From assembly GCA_964439625.1 (NCBI GenBank), contig CAYTPI010000019.1, positions 73 to 64,072 of the forward strand: DNA of 64,000 nt, given 5' to 3'. The number at the start of each line of letters is the position of its first letter. Position 1 is the first letter of the stretch. Positions 45,645 through 55,529 of this stretch are shown one piece after another. A program made the position numbers and the translations under genes. A model generated the notes under the pieces. It did not search any database, was not told the DNA's origin, and saw only the letters and a program-made list of their open reading frames with translations. Source of the stretch: an uncultured Anaerolineae bacterium. GTDB lineage: Bacteria; Chloroflexota; Anaerolineae; Aggregatilineales; UBA3940.

Positions 45645-46043
45645 CTAATACCCCAACTCGACTTGGCCTTGGGTGCTTCGTCCGTTAAGGAACGCCACCA
45701 GTGAAGGCAGGTTGTTGAAGTGCTTGAAGCGTGTGCGAGAGAGGTTGAACGCCACCAGCATCGATAACCTTGTTACTTTATCTTCCGCGATGACAAATGC
45801 AGACTTCAAATTATCATGGTTACGATAATTCTGAGTCATACGAAGATCATCAATCGTAAAATAGCCTGCGTTGAACTTCGTAGCATTAATAACTAGCTCA
45901 AGGTTGTGGTTATGTTTTTCAAGGTAAATGACGATCTCTTCATTCAGTTTTTCGAGATTATTCCTAGTCAAGGTTTCCCCAAAAGTCACATTGAGAATGT
46001 GATCAGGTTCGTACCAGTTAATTTCATATGCCATAGCTATCAT
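45645..46043 (-). CDS. hypothetical small protein (STAS/SpoIIAA-like?), last gene of the two-component operon
   Basis: This AT-rich gene encodes 132 aa. It has an alternating strand/helix pattern and ends '...FKHFNNLPSLVAFLNG'. It resembles 1..385 and 62621..63013 only weakly. Confidence 0.4.
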   Translation of the reverse strand: MIAMAYEINWYEPDHILNVTFGETLTRNNLEKLNEEIVIYLEKHNHNLELVINATKFNAGYFTIDDLRMTQNYRNHDNLKSAFVIAEDKVTRLSMLVAFNLSRTRFKHFNNLPSLVAFLNGRSTQGQVELGY

Positions 46044-46058
46044 CTTCCACTTAAAAAC

Positions 46059-46445
46059 TTAGTTGGCGATACCGTTCTCGACGAGCTGCTCTAGTGTTTC
46101 AGCCAATGCCGCGGCATCTATTGGCTTAGGAAAATACGATGCGAAGCCCGTTTCTAAGGCTTGCTGCCGTAGCTTAGACGTATGGAACGCGGTGATCGCC
46201 ACACAGGGAATGTCGCGTGTGGCGGCGTTAGTCAAGATCTCATCCAAGAGCTGCCAACCGTCCTTTTCTGGCATGGCAAGGTCAATTATAACGGCAACAA
46301 TACTAGATTGTGCGTTCTGTAGAATAGCACTTGCCTGTGCGCCGTTATCAGCGGTGATAACATCAAAGAGGTGCATCAAAGAGGCAGCGACAAATTCTTG
46401 CCCATCTGGGTCATCTTCAACGAGCAGGATCGTTTTCTGTGACAT
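46059..46445 (-). CDS. single-domain response regulator (CheY-like receiver)
   Basis: It has 'ILLVEDDPDG', the phospho-acceptor context 'VIIDLAMPEKDG' and 'FPKP'. Confidence 0.85.
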   Translation of the reverse strand: MSQKTILLVEDDPDGQEFVAASLMHLFDVITADNGAQASAILQNAQSSIVAVIIDLAMPEKDGWQLLDEILTNAATRDIPCVAITAFHTSKLRQQALETGFASYFPKPIDAAALAETLEQLVENGIAN

Positions 46446-46459
46446 ATTTCGTCAGCCTC

Positions 46460-46885
46460 CTATATGTTCAAATATTGAACAAGCTCTGGCATATCTAGAA
46501 GCAATTTTACGAGATCCTGCATAAAAGTGTCAACTGTTAGGGGTTTCGTAAGGTAGTCGTTGAAACCAGCTTCCAGTGCCCGTTGAGCATCACCTCGCAT
46601 GGCATGTGCTGTCAGTGCGATAACTGGCACCGTTTGTATCTTCGGGTCTGACTTCAAAGCCTTAACAAATCCCCAACCATCCAGTTCGGGCATGGATAAG
46701 TCAGAGATGACGAAGCGCGGTTGCACATCGTGCACGCGTTGCAGGGCTTGCTGCCCGTTCTCGGCTGTGTGAACGGTGGCTCCATATTCTGTTAGTAGGA
46801 TTTCAGCCACTTCAAGGCTGTCTTCCTCATCATCAATGATAACGACATCCCAACCTGCTAACAGATTATCTGGTATGTATTCCAT
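46460..46885 (-). CDS. single-domain response regulator (CheY-like receiver)
   Basis: It has 'VVIIDDEEDS', 'VISDLSMPELDG', 'ALTAHAM' and 'YLTKPL'. Confidence 0.85.
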   Translation of the reverse strand: MEYIPDNLLAGWDVVIIDDEEDSLEVAEILLTEYGATVHTAENGQQALQRVHDVQPRFVISDLSMPELDGWGFVKALKSDPKIQTVPVIALTAHAMRGDAQRALEAGFNDYLTKPLTVDTFMQDLVKLLLDMPELVQYLNI

Positions 46886-46909
46886 AACTATATATGCTCC
46901 TTTGGCGTT

Positions 46910-48138
46910 TCAGTTGGTTCCAGTTTTCAGCGGTAAGGTCACTGTAAAGGTGCTGCCCTTATCCAGTTCACTCTCTACTGTTACTCTTCCTTTGAGTTCG
47001 CGTGCAACGCGTTGAACGATTGCCAAGCCGAGACCAGTCCCACCGTGCTTACGCTTGGATGATTGGTCTACTTGGCGGAACTCATCAAAGATGTATTCGC
47101 GGGCATGTGGTGGAATACCCATCCCTGTGTCACTGACGTCGATCTTCATCTCAGTATCGCTGGATTTAGTCCAAGTTATTGCAATGCTGCCTCGCTCTGT
47201 AAATTTAATGGCATTGCCAATCAGGTTCGTGGCGATCTTGGTGAGCGCCTCGCCATCGGTATAGATTGTCTCAGGCAGAGATGGGTCAATCGCGAGCTTA
47301 AAGTCAAGCCCCTTCTCATAAGCAAGGCTGGATAAACTACCCTGCCATTCGAGTGCAAGCTCTCTAGGTGAAAGCGGTTCTTCGATTAGTTCCATCCGGC
47401 CAGCCTCAATCCTAGACAGATCGAGAAAGTCATTGATCAGCGCGAGCAGCCGAGTGCTGTTAGCCTTGACTTTCTTCAGATAGCGCTCGGTCTTCTCGTT
47501 GTATTCTGAGCCTGCCATTTTCTTGAGCATAATGCCGGTAAAGCCTTCGATGGCGTTCATCGGTGTACGTAGCTCATGGGGGACATCATAGCTAAAAATT
47601 CTGACTTGAGGCGGTTGCTCTCAAGTGCTATCCTTTGTGCTTCGACTGCTTCGTCGCGTGCTTTAATCAAATCTTGCTCACGCTGGCGGACTTCACGTGC
47701 CATCTGTTGGAAGGTGCGCGTTAATTGACCAAGCTCATCCTCGCGTTGTGCCAAAGCTATGAGTTCTGGAGATTCAATTTGCTCGACGGTAACCGTGTCG
47801 TTTGCGATGGCGACGGTTAGGGAATTTAGGTCATTAATCGGTGAGACAACTGAGCGCTTTATGAACCAATTGACGCTGTAGCCAATCCCGACAAACGTTA
47901 TGAGTACCACGCTGAGAATAGATGTGAGCAGTAACCCCGCTTCGGAGAGAATGTCGCCAGCAGGGACATAGATCGTCTGCGCTGCGATCACTTCGCCAAG
48001 TTGCCAGTTGTACCCACCCTCGTCACCATAGGTCGCAACCTGACTGATCGGGGCGATATCAGGTGTGCTGTGGCATTCGAGGCAGCTTTCTTGCGTGACT
48101 GTCAAGGGGCGAGCATTGTAGAATAAAGATGACGACAA
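46910..48138 (-). pseudogene. sensor histidine kinase, frameshifted within the H-box and apparently N-terminally truncated
   Basis: ORF 47557..48138 contains part of a CxxCH heme-type sensor ('CLECH', DUF3365-like), a TM, a HAMP/coiled coil and '...LKSEFLAMMSP'. ORF 46910..47560 continues with 'MNAIEGF...' followed by the HATPase_c N, G1 and G2 boxes ('GNAIKFT', 'DTGMGI', 'GGTGLGLAI'). 'HELRTP' is readable in the intervening shifted frame. Confidence 0.75.
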
Positions 48139-48366
48139 GCAACCGATTGATTTGCGTATTGAGTGTGCGATTTGAAAACACGTATGGGCATCTTTCTATC
48201 TAGAAACTGACGTAATTACTCTGCTTAGCGCATCTTGCACCTTGATGGGCCCAAATATAAAATGCTGGCTAACCCAATAGGCTTATGAAAATTTAATAAA
48301 CTGTTGCCATTCTAGCCGTCCTAGTTTAAGAACAGGCTAAGAAACCGAGATGAATAGTGGTATGAA

Positions 48367-48398
48367 ACCAAAAAGACCCCGACCATGTCGGGGTCTTT
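48367..48398 (-). terminator. rho-independent terminator of the cytochrome bc operon
   Basis: The minus strand reads AAAGACCCCGACatgGTCGGGGTCTTTTTgg. This is a 12-bp stem followed by a T-run, 21 nt after the cyt c stop. Confidence 0.8.
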
Positions 48399-48418
48399 CG
48401 AATAACTTGTGTCGGTAG

Positions 48419-49480
48419 TTAACCGGCTTCTTCGCTGGCGGCTTCTTCAGGTGCATCTTCTTCGCTGTCTTCAGCCATGTCCTCCTCAACACCTTCCTCT
48501 GGGGCCACGTAATCCGGGTCAGCCTCAGGCGGGATGGCACCGTTAAGGTCATAGATGTAGGCAATCAGGTCAGCGACGTCCTGTGCGCAGAGGCGGTCGC
48601 CGAAATTGGCAGGCATGCCACCATTTTCATAGCCTGGCACATAGAAGTTGTTCGGGGCGACAATTGACTCATGTAGGTAGTCGTTCGCATCGTCAATGCC
48701 TTCATACTCATTCTCGACACGGTCAAGGACGCCCAGGAAGGACGGGCCAACCAGCACAGAACCATCAATTGAGTGGCACGACTGGCAACCCAGTGGTGCA
48801 CCGTCAAGGACGGAACGCCCGTTGGCACTGTAGAGTACAGCACCACGCTCGGCGCTACCTGCTGGCAGCGGCACGTTCGGGTCACCACCGATGGCCTCAC
48901 AGGTGACGTCTTCGGGCGGCTCTGGTAGATCGGGTACTTCTGGGCAGTTGTCTGGGTCTTCTTCCGTGCAGACCCAATACTCACTCCAGTTCATCACATA
49001 GCGGGTGACGTCCTGCACTTGGTCATTACGGAGTGGGCCACCGAACTGCTGCCCCCACGTTGGCATAGGGTTGGCCCAACCTGCCGCCATCACAGGGCGA
49101 CCAGCAGCAACAGTAAGTTCGACATAATCATATAAGGTGCCAGACCAGCCGACCTCCGCCATGCGGGTGCCGTCAAAGAAAGCCTCGTTGTTGATGTTCG
49201 GCGCGACGCCTGGTGCACCCTGCCCAAAGGGGCCATGGCAGCTCGAGCAGTTGTTGGCATAAAGTAGCGCGCCGCGTTGGATGGAACGCCCATCAAACTG
49301 GTCGGTGTAGGCGTCGAGCCGGGCCGGCTCATTGAGCATGACCCAGCCGACTGCCATAATCGTTGCAAAGAATATCAGTGTTCCGTACAGAGCGCGCTGC
49401 TCTGCTGAGAACTGTTCGGTCATCAGGCGTTGGAACCAGTTCTTTTTAGGCTCCTGCCCTCGTGTTTCTTGGTCAGTCAT
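48419..49480 (-). CDS. membrane-anchored diheme cytochrome c with acidic C-terminal tail
   Basis: It has two CxxCH motifs ('CSSCH', 'CQSCH') and an N-terminal TM. It is the third gene after the Rieske and cyt b genes. Confidence 0.85.
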   Translation of the reverse strand: MTDQETRGQEPKKNWFQRLMTEQFSAEQRALYGTLIFFATIMAVGWVMLNEPARLDAYTDQFDGRSIQRGALLYANNCSSCHGPFGQGAPGVAPNINNEAFFDGTRMAEVGWSGTLYDYVELTVAAGRPVMAAGWANPMPTWGQQFGGPLRNDQVQDVTRYVMNWSEYWVCTEEDPDNCPEVPDLPEPPEDVTCEAIGGDPNVPLPAGSAERGAVLYSANGRSVLDGAPLGCQSCHSIDGSVLVGPSFLGVLDRVENEYEGIDDANDYLHESIVAPNNFYVPGYENGGMPANFGDRLCAQDVADLIAYIYDLNGAIPPEADPDYVAPEEGVEEDMAEDSEEDAPEEAASEEAG

Positions 49481-49485
49481 TGTTG

Positions 49486-51123
49486 TTAGTGTGCTCCACC
49501 AGCCGCATAACCGTATTCATGAATGGGCACGCTCAAGTCGGATGTAATCTGTGAGCCATCAGAGCCTTCCCAGACGATCTGTAGATCAACTGTGACGAGC
49601 TGCGGCTGCGTTTCATTGACGACTAGCGTAGCCTGTGCGTTGGGTAGTCCACCACGGTCAATGGGGACTTCACGAGCATGTTCAACTTCTTCTTGGTAGA
49701 CCTCAAGCGCATGGTATAAGCCGCTTGAACGTGGAATTTCTTCTTCCCAGTCACCCTCAAGGACATCTATCGCCCCCATTGGGATGACGGCTTCTAAGTC
49801 TTCATACGGTACCCGATGCAGCACCCCGACTTTTTCTATTGGAGCCATCTCAAAGAATATTTCTTGGTCGAGTGATGATTGTACCAAGAAGAAGGGGGTA
49901 CCCATCCATGAGAGCACTGCGATGACAGCGATGAAGATCATGCTGACGGAGATAGCCAAGCGACGCTTCGCGTAGTAGCGGACGGGGCCAACGTCAACGT
50001 ATGGCATCACCATAAACATCAGCAGGAGGATAGTCGGCAAAATAACACCCATGAAGGTTTTATCGCCGAGTTTCAACAACCCTTGAATCCATAAGAAATA
50101 CCAAGGCGCCACCGTATGGAACGGTGTATCCAGGGGGTTGGCCTGGTTTTCTAAGGGCGCATCGTAGAAGAATATCACCATCACGATCATCAAGAAGGTG
50201 GTGACACCCGCCAACCAGAGGTCAGAGGTGAACAGGTCAGGTAGGTAGTAAACACGCTCACTGACGGGGACACGCTTGGCGGTATCTTCACCGGTTTTCT
50301 CAAGCTCTGGCGGTAAGCTGTGCCCAAAAAGCACAACCTTGTAGTAATGCATGCCCAACAAAGCCAAACCGACTAACGGGAAGACGAAAACGTGTAGCAG
50401 GTAGAAGCGCAGCAAACCTGCTTGCCCAAGATCTGGTGAGCCCTTCAACAAAATGTTGACGAAGCGCCCGACAATCGGCGGCGGTGCGGCTTCAGCCATT
50501 GATGCACCAATGGTCACAGCCCAGTAGGCCAGTTGGTCCCACGGAAGTAGGTAGCCGGTAAAGCTCAAGCCCATCGTGATCACCAGCAGCAGCATACCAG
50601 TCACCCAAGTGAAACCACGGGGGTACTTATATGACGCTGTGACGTAGGTTCGCAACATGTGCAATGCGACGAATAACACCATCGCTTCGGCACCAAGGCG
50701 GTGCAAGTCGCGCATGAACTGCCCCAAAGGGACGTTACTCAAAATGTTGAGCATATTGTCGTATGCTAAGTTGGTTGACGGGGTGTAGAACACCATCAGG
50801 AACAGACCTGTGATCGCCTCAAAGGCGAAGAAGAAGGTCGATAACCAACCTAGGCGGAAATAAGGATAAACACCTGTGACGGCTTTGTTGTAGTAGCCGG
50901 GACGAATGTGCATCCAGAAACTATCAGCATGGGGGCGCAGGCGCGGGTTCGGACGGGTGAGTGGGTCATCACCGCGCAGCATTGCACGCAGCTCAGCCAC
51001 GTCGATGCCGTTTGTCGTCCGATAGACAATATCATTGATTGTGTCGCCGACTGCTGCCCGCAGGCCTGTCTCTCGGACGCGCTTAACAAAGGGCGCGTCC
51101 TTGAAATCGAGATTGTTTTCCAT
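49486..51123 (-). CDS. cytochrome b (fused b6 + subunit IV type) with ~135-aa soluble C-terminal extension
   Basis: The polytopic core has the conserved His-bearing helices ('AITGLFLMVFYTPS', 'HRLGAEAMVLFVALHMLR', 'YLLHVFVFP') and 'PWYFLW' (the PEWY-equivalent region). Confidence 0.85.
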   Translation of the reverse strand: MENNLDFKDAPFVKRVRETGLRAAVGDTINDIVYRTTNGIDVAELRAMLRGDDPLTRPNPRLRPHADSFWMHIRPGYYNKAVTGVYPYFRLGWLSTFFFAFEAITGLFLMVFYTPSTNLAYDNMLNILSNVPLGQFMRDLHRLGAEAMVLFVALHMLRTYVTASYKYPRGFTWVTGMLLLVITMGLSFTGYLLPWDQLAYWAVTIGASMAEAAPPPIVGRFVNILLKGSPDLGQAGLLRFYLLHVFVFPLVGLALLGMHYYKVVLFGHSLPPELEKTGEDTAKRVPVSERVYYLPDLFTSDLWLAGVTTFLMIVMVIFFYDAPLENQANPLDTPFHTVAPWYFLWIQGLLKLGDKTFMGVILPTILLLMFMVMPYVDVGPVRYYAKRRLAISVSMIFIAVIAVLSWMGTPFFLVQSSLDQEIFFEMAPIEKVGVLHRVPYEDLEAVIPMGAIDVLEGDWEEEIPRSSGLYHALEVYQEEVEHAREVPIDRGGLPNAQATLVVNETQPQLVTVDLQIVWEGSDGSQITSDLSVPIHEYGYAAGGAH

Positions 51124-51246
51124 CTGCGGTTCAGGCTCCTCTTAGACGAATGAAGCTGACGTTATATCTCAGCGGTTAACTGATAATTGCGTTAGAGATG
51201 GTCGTTATTATATCAACGAGTTACCAAAATGTAACTCGTGAACACG

Positions 51247-51792
51247 CTACCCAACAGGTGGCCCATCAATGCGGGAACCTGTGTTGATGACAATGCGGGT
51301 TGCATTGTCCGGGACTTGCAGCGGTGCATCTGGGTTATCTACATTAGACTCAGCAACGACATTACCACTGTCGTCTAAGGCTTGCATCTGGAAGCGGTCA
51401 AGGGCACGCGGCGCTGGCCCTTCGAAGTAGTCACCATTGAGCAAAAACTTTGAGCCGTGGCAAGGGCATTCGAAGCGCCCCGTGAGCGGCGTCCACTTGT
51501 ACAAGCAGCCAAGATGAGTACACACCTTATACAAGGCAAATACACCGGATGCTGTATTGACTAACCAGAAACGCCCGTCTGGGTTATCTACGGGTGCGCT
51601 ATCCAATGCTGGTAGGTCAGAAATAGACAGGCTGAACGCACCACCGAATTCACCCTCGCGGAAGCGGGGGTAAGCGAACCACAAAATTGCACCACCAGTA
51701 CCACCCAGCACCAACAGCATAGATGAGAGCCAGACATAATGTAGAAACTCGCGCCGGCTCATTGGGCTTGGGCTAATGACGGCCTCTGCCAT
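51247..51792 (-). CDS. Rieske [2Fe-2S] subunit
   Basis: It has 'CTHLGC' and 'CPCHGS' cluster-binding boxes and an N-terminal TM with a Tat-like 'SRREFL'. Confidence 0.9.
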   Translation of the reverse strand: MAEAVISPSPMSRREFLHYVWLSSMLLVLGGTGGAILWFAYPRFREGEFGGAFSLSISDLPALDSAPVDNPDGRFWLVNTASGVFALYKVCTHLGCLYKWTPLTGRFECPCHGSKFLLNGDYFEGPAPRALDRFQMQALDDSGNVVAESNVDNPDAPLQVPDNATRIVINTGSRIDGPPVG

Positions 51793-52081
51793 GTTACCTC
51801 CTAGGCGAACATACTCTCCGGGTTAATTATCCCGAGCTGTGTTCAGAGTTTTCGTTGGGCTGCACGGACTACGTGCAGGTCACGTTTAACGTTAGTGTAT
51901 TAGGAACCAGAGTAAATGGCATACTTACCCTAATGAGTCTCGACAAGCAATAAATGAAGACTTTTCCTCACAACGCATCTTAACATGGGTTGAATTCAGT
52001 TGTCAAAAAATTCACAAACACTTTAGCCCCGTATTTATTGAGGTGCTAGCTTACTTGATTACACGGGGCGGCACCTTATGC

Positions 52082-53848
52082 TTATCGGTTAAGATCCAGC
52101 AGGGGTGGGTATACTTGCTGCACTTGCTCATTGACGTAACCCGGCCTAATTCGCTCATAGGGGGCATAGCTGGATTCTGCCTCTGGCCCAATCACTGACA
52201 GATCGACATAGTCGTTGAACACACCAAACTCAGCCAAAGACCGCGCCGATATATCCTCGATGATTACCGCTTGCCCGTCAGTATTTTTGGTGATGAAGAT
52301 CACCTGATCCCAATTATAGTGCTGGTCGGTAAATAAAAAGGAGGGCGGCCCCGGGTGTGTCTGGGTCACGGTGACGCCGTCTTCCGTAATCTGCCAGTCG
52401 CTGCCGGCCATATTATCATTGGAGATCAGCGCCCTTGCTTTTTCTTCATACAGTACTTGTACGGCGTATTGCAGCCCGACCCCAAAGATGAACGGTGAGT
52501 CATCAGCACCTTGTGGCTGAATATGGATAAACAGTGTGCCCTCTTCAACATCAGGTGTAATGTGTGTAAGCGTTCGGAAATATTTAGCTTGATCCGACCA
52601 AACTGAGTCAAGGGCATATAATTCCCCCTGAAGGTCACTGACTTGAACAGCACCAATTGTCCCTACTGTGATTAAAACCATAGCAGCGAGTGCTTGCCTA
52701 AGCCAGTTACGTGGTAACAGTTCTGAAATCAACCACACGATAGCAGTCACTATTACCGCGACACCAATCGGTGTCGTTGAGTGCACTCTGATGGTTGTGT
52801 CGGCTACAATTGTTAGGAGAAAGGCAAACAATCCAAGGAACCAGACTAATATCCCCAACCCAAGCCAGAGAAGCGGTTTCTTTAAATTTTGAAGCCAGTA
52901 ACGATCTTTCTCAGCTTGGCCCAGGGCCCAATCTGGCGATCTCAACACGAACCAACTGGTAAGTAATAACGATGTATTCACCAATATAATTGGCAGCCGA
53001 TACTCAGTCAGTTTGCTAGCTTGTAACAAGAAAAGCGGCCGCAAGGTAAACATTGTTTGTAGAGATAAGCGCGACACAATCCGCTCTAATGACACAGGCT
53101 CCCTGAAACCACTGAAATATGTTTCGCTCCCTAAGCCAAGTATGGGGATTGCATACCATGCTGCGGAGATCGAAATAAACACGCCCCAAAGACATAATTT
53201 GAAAAAGGTTGAGCGATCATATTGGCGGCCTAGAATGATCCCTAGGGTAGGTATGCCTGCTAGGAGTGGTAAGAGTGCTTCACGCATTCCGCTTGCCAGT
53301 AAACAAAACAAGCCACTAATAAAGAGCATGCCGTAGCTTAAATCATCAACGCTGCGGAAAAAGAGATATATGGCGATTAAAGCGAAAGTAAGACTGAGTA
53401 GATGGTCACTAATAGAGAAGATATTGAGCAGAAAAAACCAATCAGGTACGAAATATAATAAGTAAATGAAGCCAGCCATGTAGCTGAACTGAACGTGCGT
53501 CAAGAGAAGCTGACGCATGTTTAAATAGACAAGGCAAGCATTCACACACCTGCCTAGCAATACGAAGATGTGTCCTGCAATTGGTGCTGTATCAAACACG
53601 AAGGCGAAAAGTGCGACGGGAACCAGTGTCGTTGGTCTACTTGAATAGTAACCAAGCCGTCCGTTAATAGCTGAGTAGTAGTGCCCCCACGAATCGCCAC
53701 CGTCACGGTTGCCGTAGTCAATGACAGTGAACAACGCCGCTGTCACTAGCAGATAAGCGGCAAACACCATGAGATCACGGCGAAGCCTTGGGTGGCTCTG
53801 AAAGTAGCTTGTAACTGATTTCTGCATAGCGGTTAACCTAGCATCCAC
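52082..53848 (-). CDS. polytopic membrane protein, family B paralog 1 (putative GT-C/GtrII-like)
   Basis: It has about 12 TM segments. It shares 'DYGNRDGGDSWGHYYSAINGRLGYYSSRPT' and the C-terminal 'YAPYERIRPGYVNEQVQQVYPPL' with 55526..57232. It is visibly more AT-rich than its paralog. Confidence 0.55.
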   Translation of the reverse strand: MDARLTAMQKSVTSYFQSHPRLRRDLMVFAAYLLVTAALFTVIDYGNRDGGDSWGHYYSAINGRLGYYSSRPTTLVPVALFAFVFDTAPIAGHIFVLLGRCVNACLVYLNMRQLLLTHVQFSYMAGFIYLLYFVPDWFFLLNIFSISDHLLSLTFALIAIYLFFRSVDDLSYGMLFISGLFCLLASGMREALLPLLAGIPTLGIILGRQYDRSTFFKLCLWGVFISISAAWYAIPILGLGSETYFSGFREPVSLERIVSRLSLQTMFTLRPLFLLQASKLTEYRLPIILVNTSLLLTSWFVLRSPDWALGQAEKDRYWLQNLKKPLLWLGLGILVWFLGLFAFLLTIVADTTIRVHSTTPIGVAVIVTAIVWLISELLPRNWLRQALAAMVLITVGTIGAVQVSDLQGELYALDSVWSDQAKYFRTLTHITPDVEEGTLFIHIQPQGADDSPFIFGVGLQYAVQVLYEEKARALISNDNMAGSDWQITEDGVTVTQTHPGPPSFLFTDQHYNWDQVIFITKNTDGQAVIIEDISARSLAEFGVFNDYVDLSVIGPEAESSYAPYERIRPGYVNEQVQQVYPPLLDLNR

Positions 53849-55529
53849 CGGGGTGCCATTGGGCCTGATAGATAATCAATGAGCCGACTTCCTCGGCTGG
53901 GCAAAGCCGTTCAGTCTGCTTGGCGGCTGCATCAATCGCGTTGATTTCAGCCGCATCCAATAGATCACGATGAAGGATGATATAGCCAATGCGCCAAGTG
54001 GCAACTGCATCAGCAAATTGCGCGCTCTCCTCGTCTGAGAGGGCGCTATCGGCCTCGATATTCAAAAAGGCCAAACCATCATACGCAGCTTCGAGTTCAG
54101 GCTCTGGGTAGGGAACACGTCCATAGATCAAACGTTTTTGATGAAACACACCGTACACACTAGCAAGGCTGGCGCCACGCTCATCTTGAAGTGCTGAAGG
54201 ATAATGTAAGATAAGATAGTCCTCTGGCTGCGAATCCATCTCCCGCAGCAACGCCAATTCATCAGGCGCAACAAGCTGTTCGGTGCGGACCGGCTCAGCC
54301 ACCGTGACGACCAACAATATTCCGATCAAATAGATGGCAGCTACCCCAGCCCATGCGTACCAGCTTGGGCGCTGAGTCAGCCAATCGTTGAAGACAAGGC
54401 CTGCATACATGCTCAGCATCAAGATGGATGGCCCCAGCAGCACCTCCGGCGCGTAAATCGGCAGGTAGTCAACACCCGCAATCGCCGAAACGACAACCAG
54501 CGGCTCAGGGATGAGGCGCTGGCCAACCAGCAAAGCCACAAAGCCCAGCACAGCCAAATGCAGATGACGGCGCTCGTTGGCCCCGACCAACACCACCGCG
54601 GCAGCAGCAGCCGTTAGGGGCAGCAGCACCGTTTCGATTAGTGCGACTGGCAAACTGATGCTTTCTGCCCGGAACAACTCAGGTGAAGAGAAAGCGGCTT
54701 CGAACCCTTGCATGCTGCGCACCACGTTAGGTAGCGGGTGAATGAGCAGAGCGGCAATGATTAAAAAAGTCATCAATCCAAACTGCAACATCTGTGGCTC
54801 CTGCTGTTCGTCGCTCGTATGCTTGCGAATATCCGTCAAGTACAGCCAAATGCCTAACGGCAGCCACACACCAAGTAACCCGGCGAACTGCTGCATACCG
54901 CACAGCAGCGTTAGGATCAGTGTCAGCCCCACCCACAGCGCATTGAGCAGCGTTTGCTTGCCCTTCCAGCGGTAGAGCGCAATCAGCGCCAGTGGCAGCC
55001 CGAATGACGAAGCCAGAATGACATCGCTGGAGCGCAGTGCATCAATGTACCATGTTGAAAAAGTAAACAGTCCAGCAACACCCAATGCCAAGATTGGGTG
55101 GGTGCCCAAGTGACGCGCCAGCAGCACAATCGAGAAGAAAGTTACAACAACCCCCACCACCAGCACAAGGTTGAAGGACAAAACCGGCTGTTGCGTGATG
55201 AGGTTGATCAGGCTGAAGAACAACGACTGCAACAACGGTGCATACAGCAGATAGTTTTGCAAGTAGGGGGCCGTCGCATAGGCTGAGAAAGTCGGTGTTT
55301 CTGCCAGGCCGATGCTATACGTAGGCCACCACGTATGCCACAGGTACAGGGACGCATCGTGCAGATCACCCAATAGCCCGAACGATAGACCCAGCGCCTG
55401 CCGCTGGAGTGAAAACCCAATCAAGACGAGGGCCAGCCCCAGCGCAAGCAGCCAGTAAGGCACAGGCAGGCGATTGTGTTGTGTCTTAGTTTCGATCATG
55501 GAATGCCGACTTTCGGCGTTTGAATTCAT
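53838..55529 (-). CDS. polytopic membrane protein (putative GT-C-like), family C
   Basis: It has about 12 TM segments and a first loop 'LGDLHDASLYLWHTWWP'. It overlaps both neighbours (by 11 nt and 4 nt). Confidence 0.5.
   Translation of the reverse strand: MNSNAESRHSMIETKTQHNRLPVPYWLLALGLALVLIGFSLQRQALGLSFGLLGDLHDASLYLWHTWWPTYSIGLAETPTFSAYATAPYLQNYLLYAPLLQSLFFSLINLITQQPVLSFNLVLVVGVVVTFFSIVLLARHLGTHPILALGVAGLFTFSTWYIDALRSSDVILASSFGLPLALIALYRWKGKQTLLNALWVGLTLILTLLCGMQQFAGLLGVWLPLGIWLYLTDIRKHTSDEQQEPQMLQFGLMTFLIIAALLIHPLPNVVRSMQGFEAAFSSPELFRAESISLPVALIETVLLPLTAAAAAVVLVGANERRHLHLAVLGFVALLVGQRLIPEPLVVVSAIAGVDYLPIYAPEVLLGPSILMLSMYAGLVFNDWLTQRPSWYAWAGVAAIYLIGILLVVTVAEPVRTEQLVAPDELALLREMDSQPEDYLILHYPSALQDERGASLASVYGVFHQKRLIYGRVPYPEPELEAAYDGLAFLNIEADSALSDEESAQFADAVATWRIGYIILHRDLLDAAEINAIDAAAKQTERLCPAEEVGSLIIYQAQWHPGGC

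Noticed and set aside
48337-48564. A 75-aa minus-strand ORF spanning the end of the cytochrome c gene and its terminator.
   Set aside because: It is an alternative frame of the cyt c gene and runs through the terminator hairpin.
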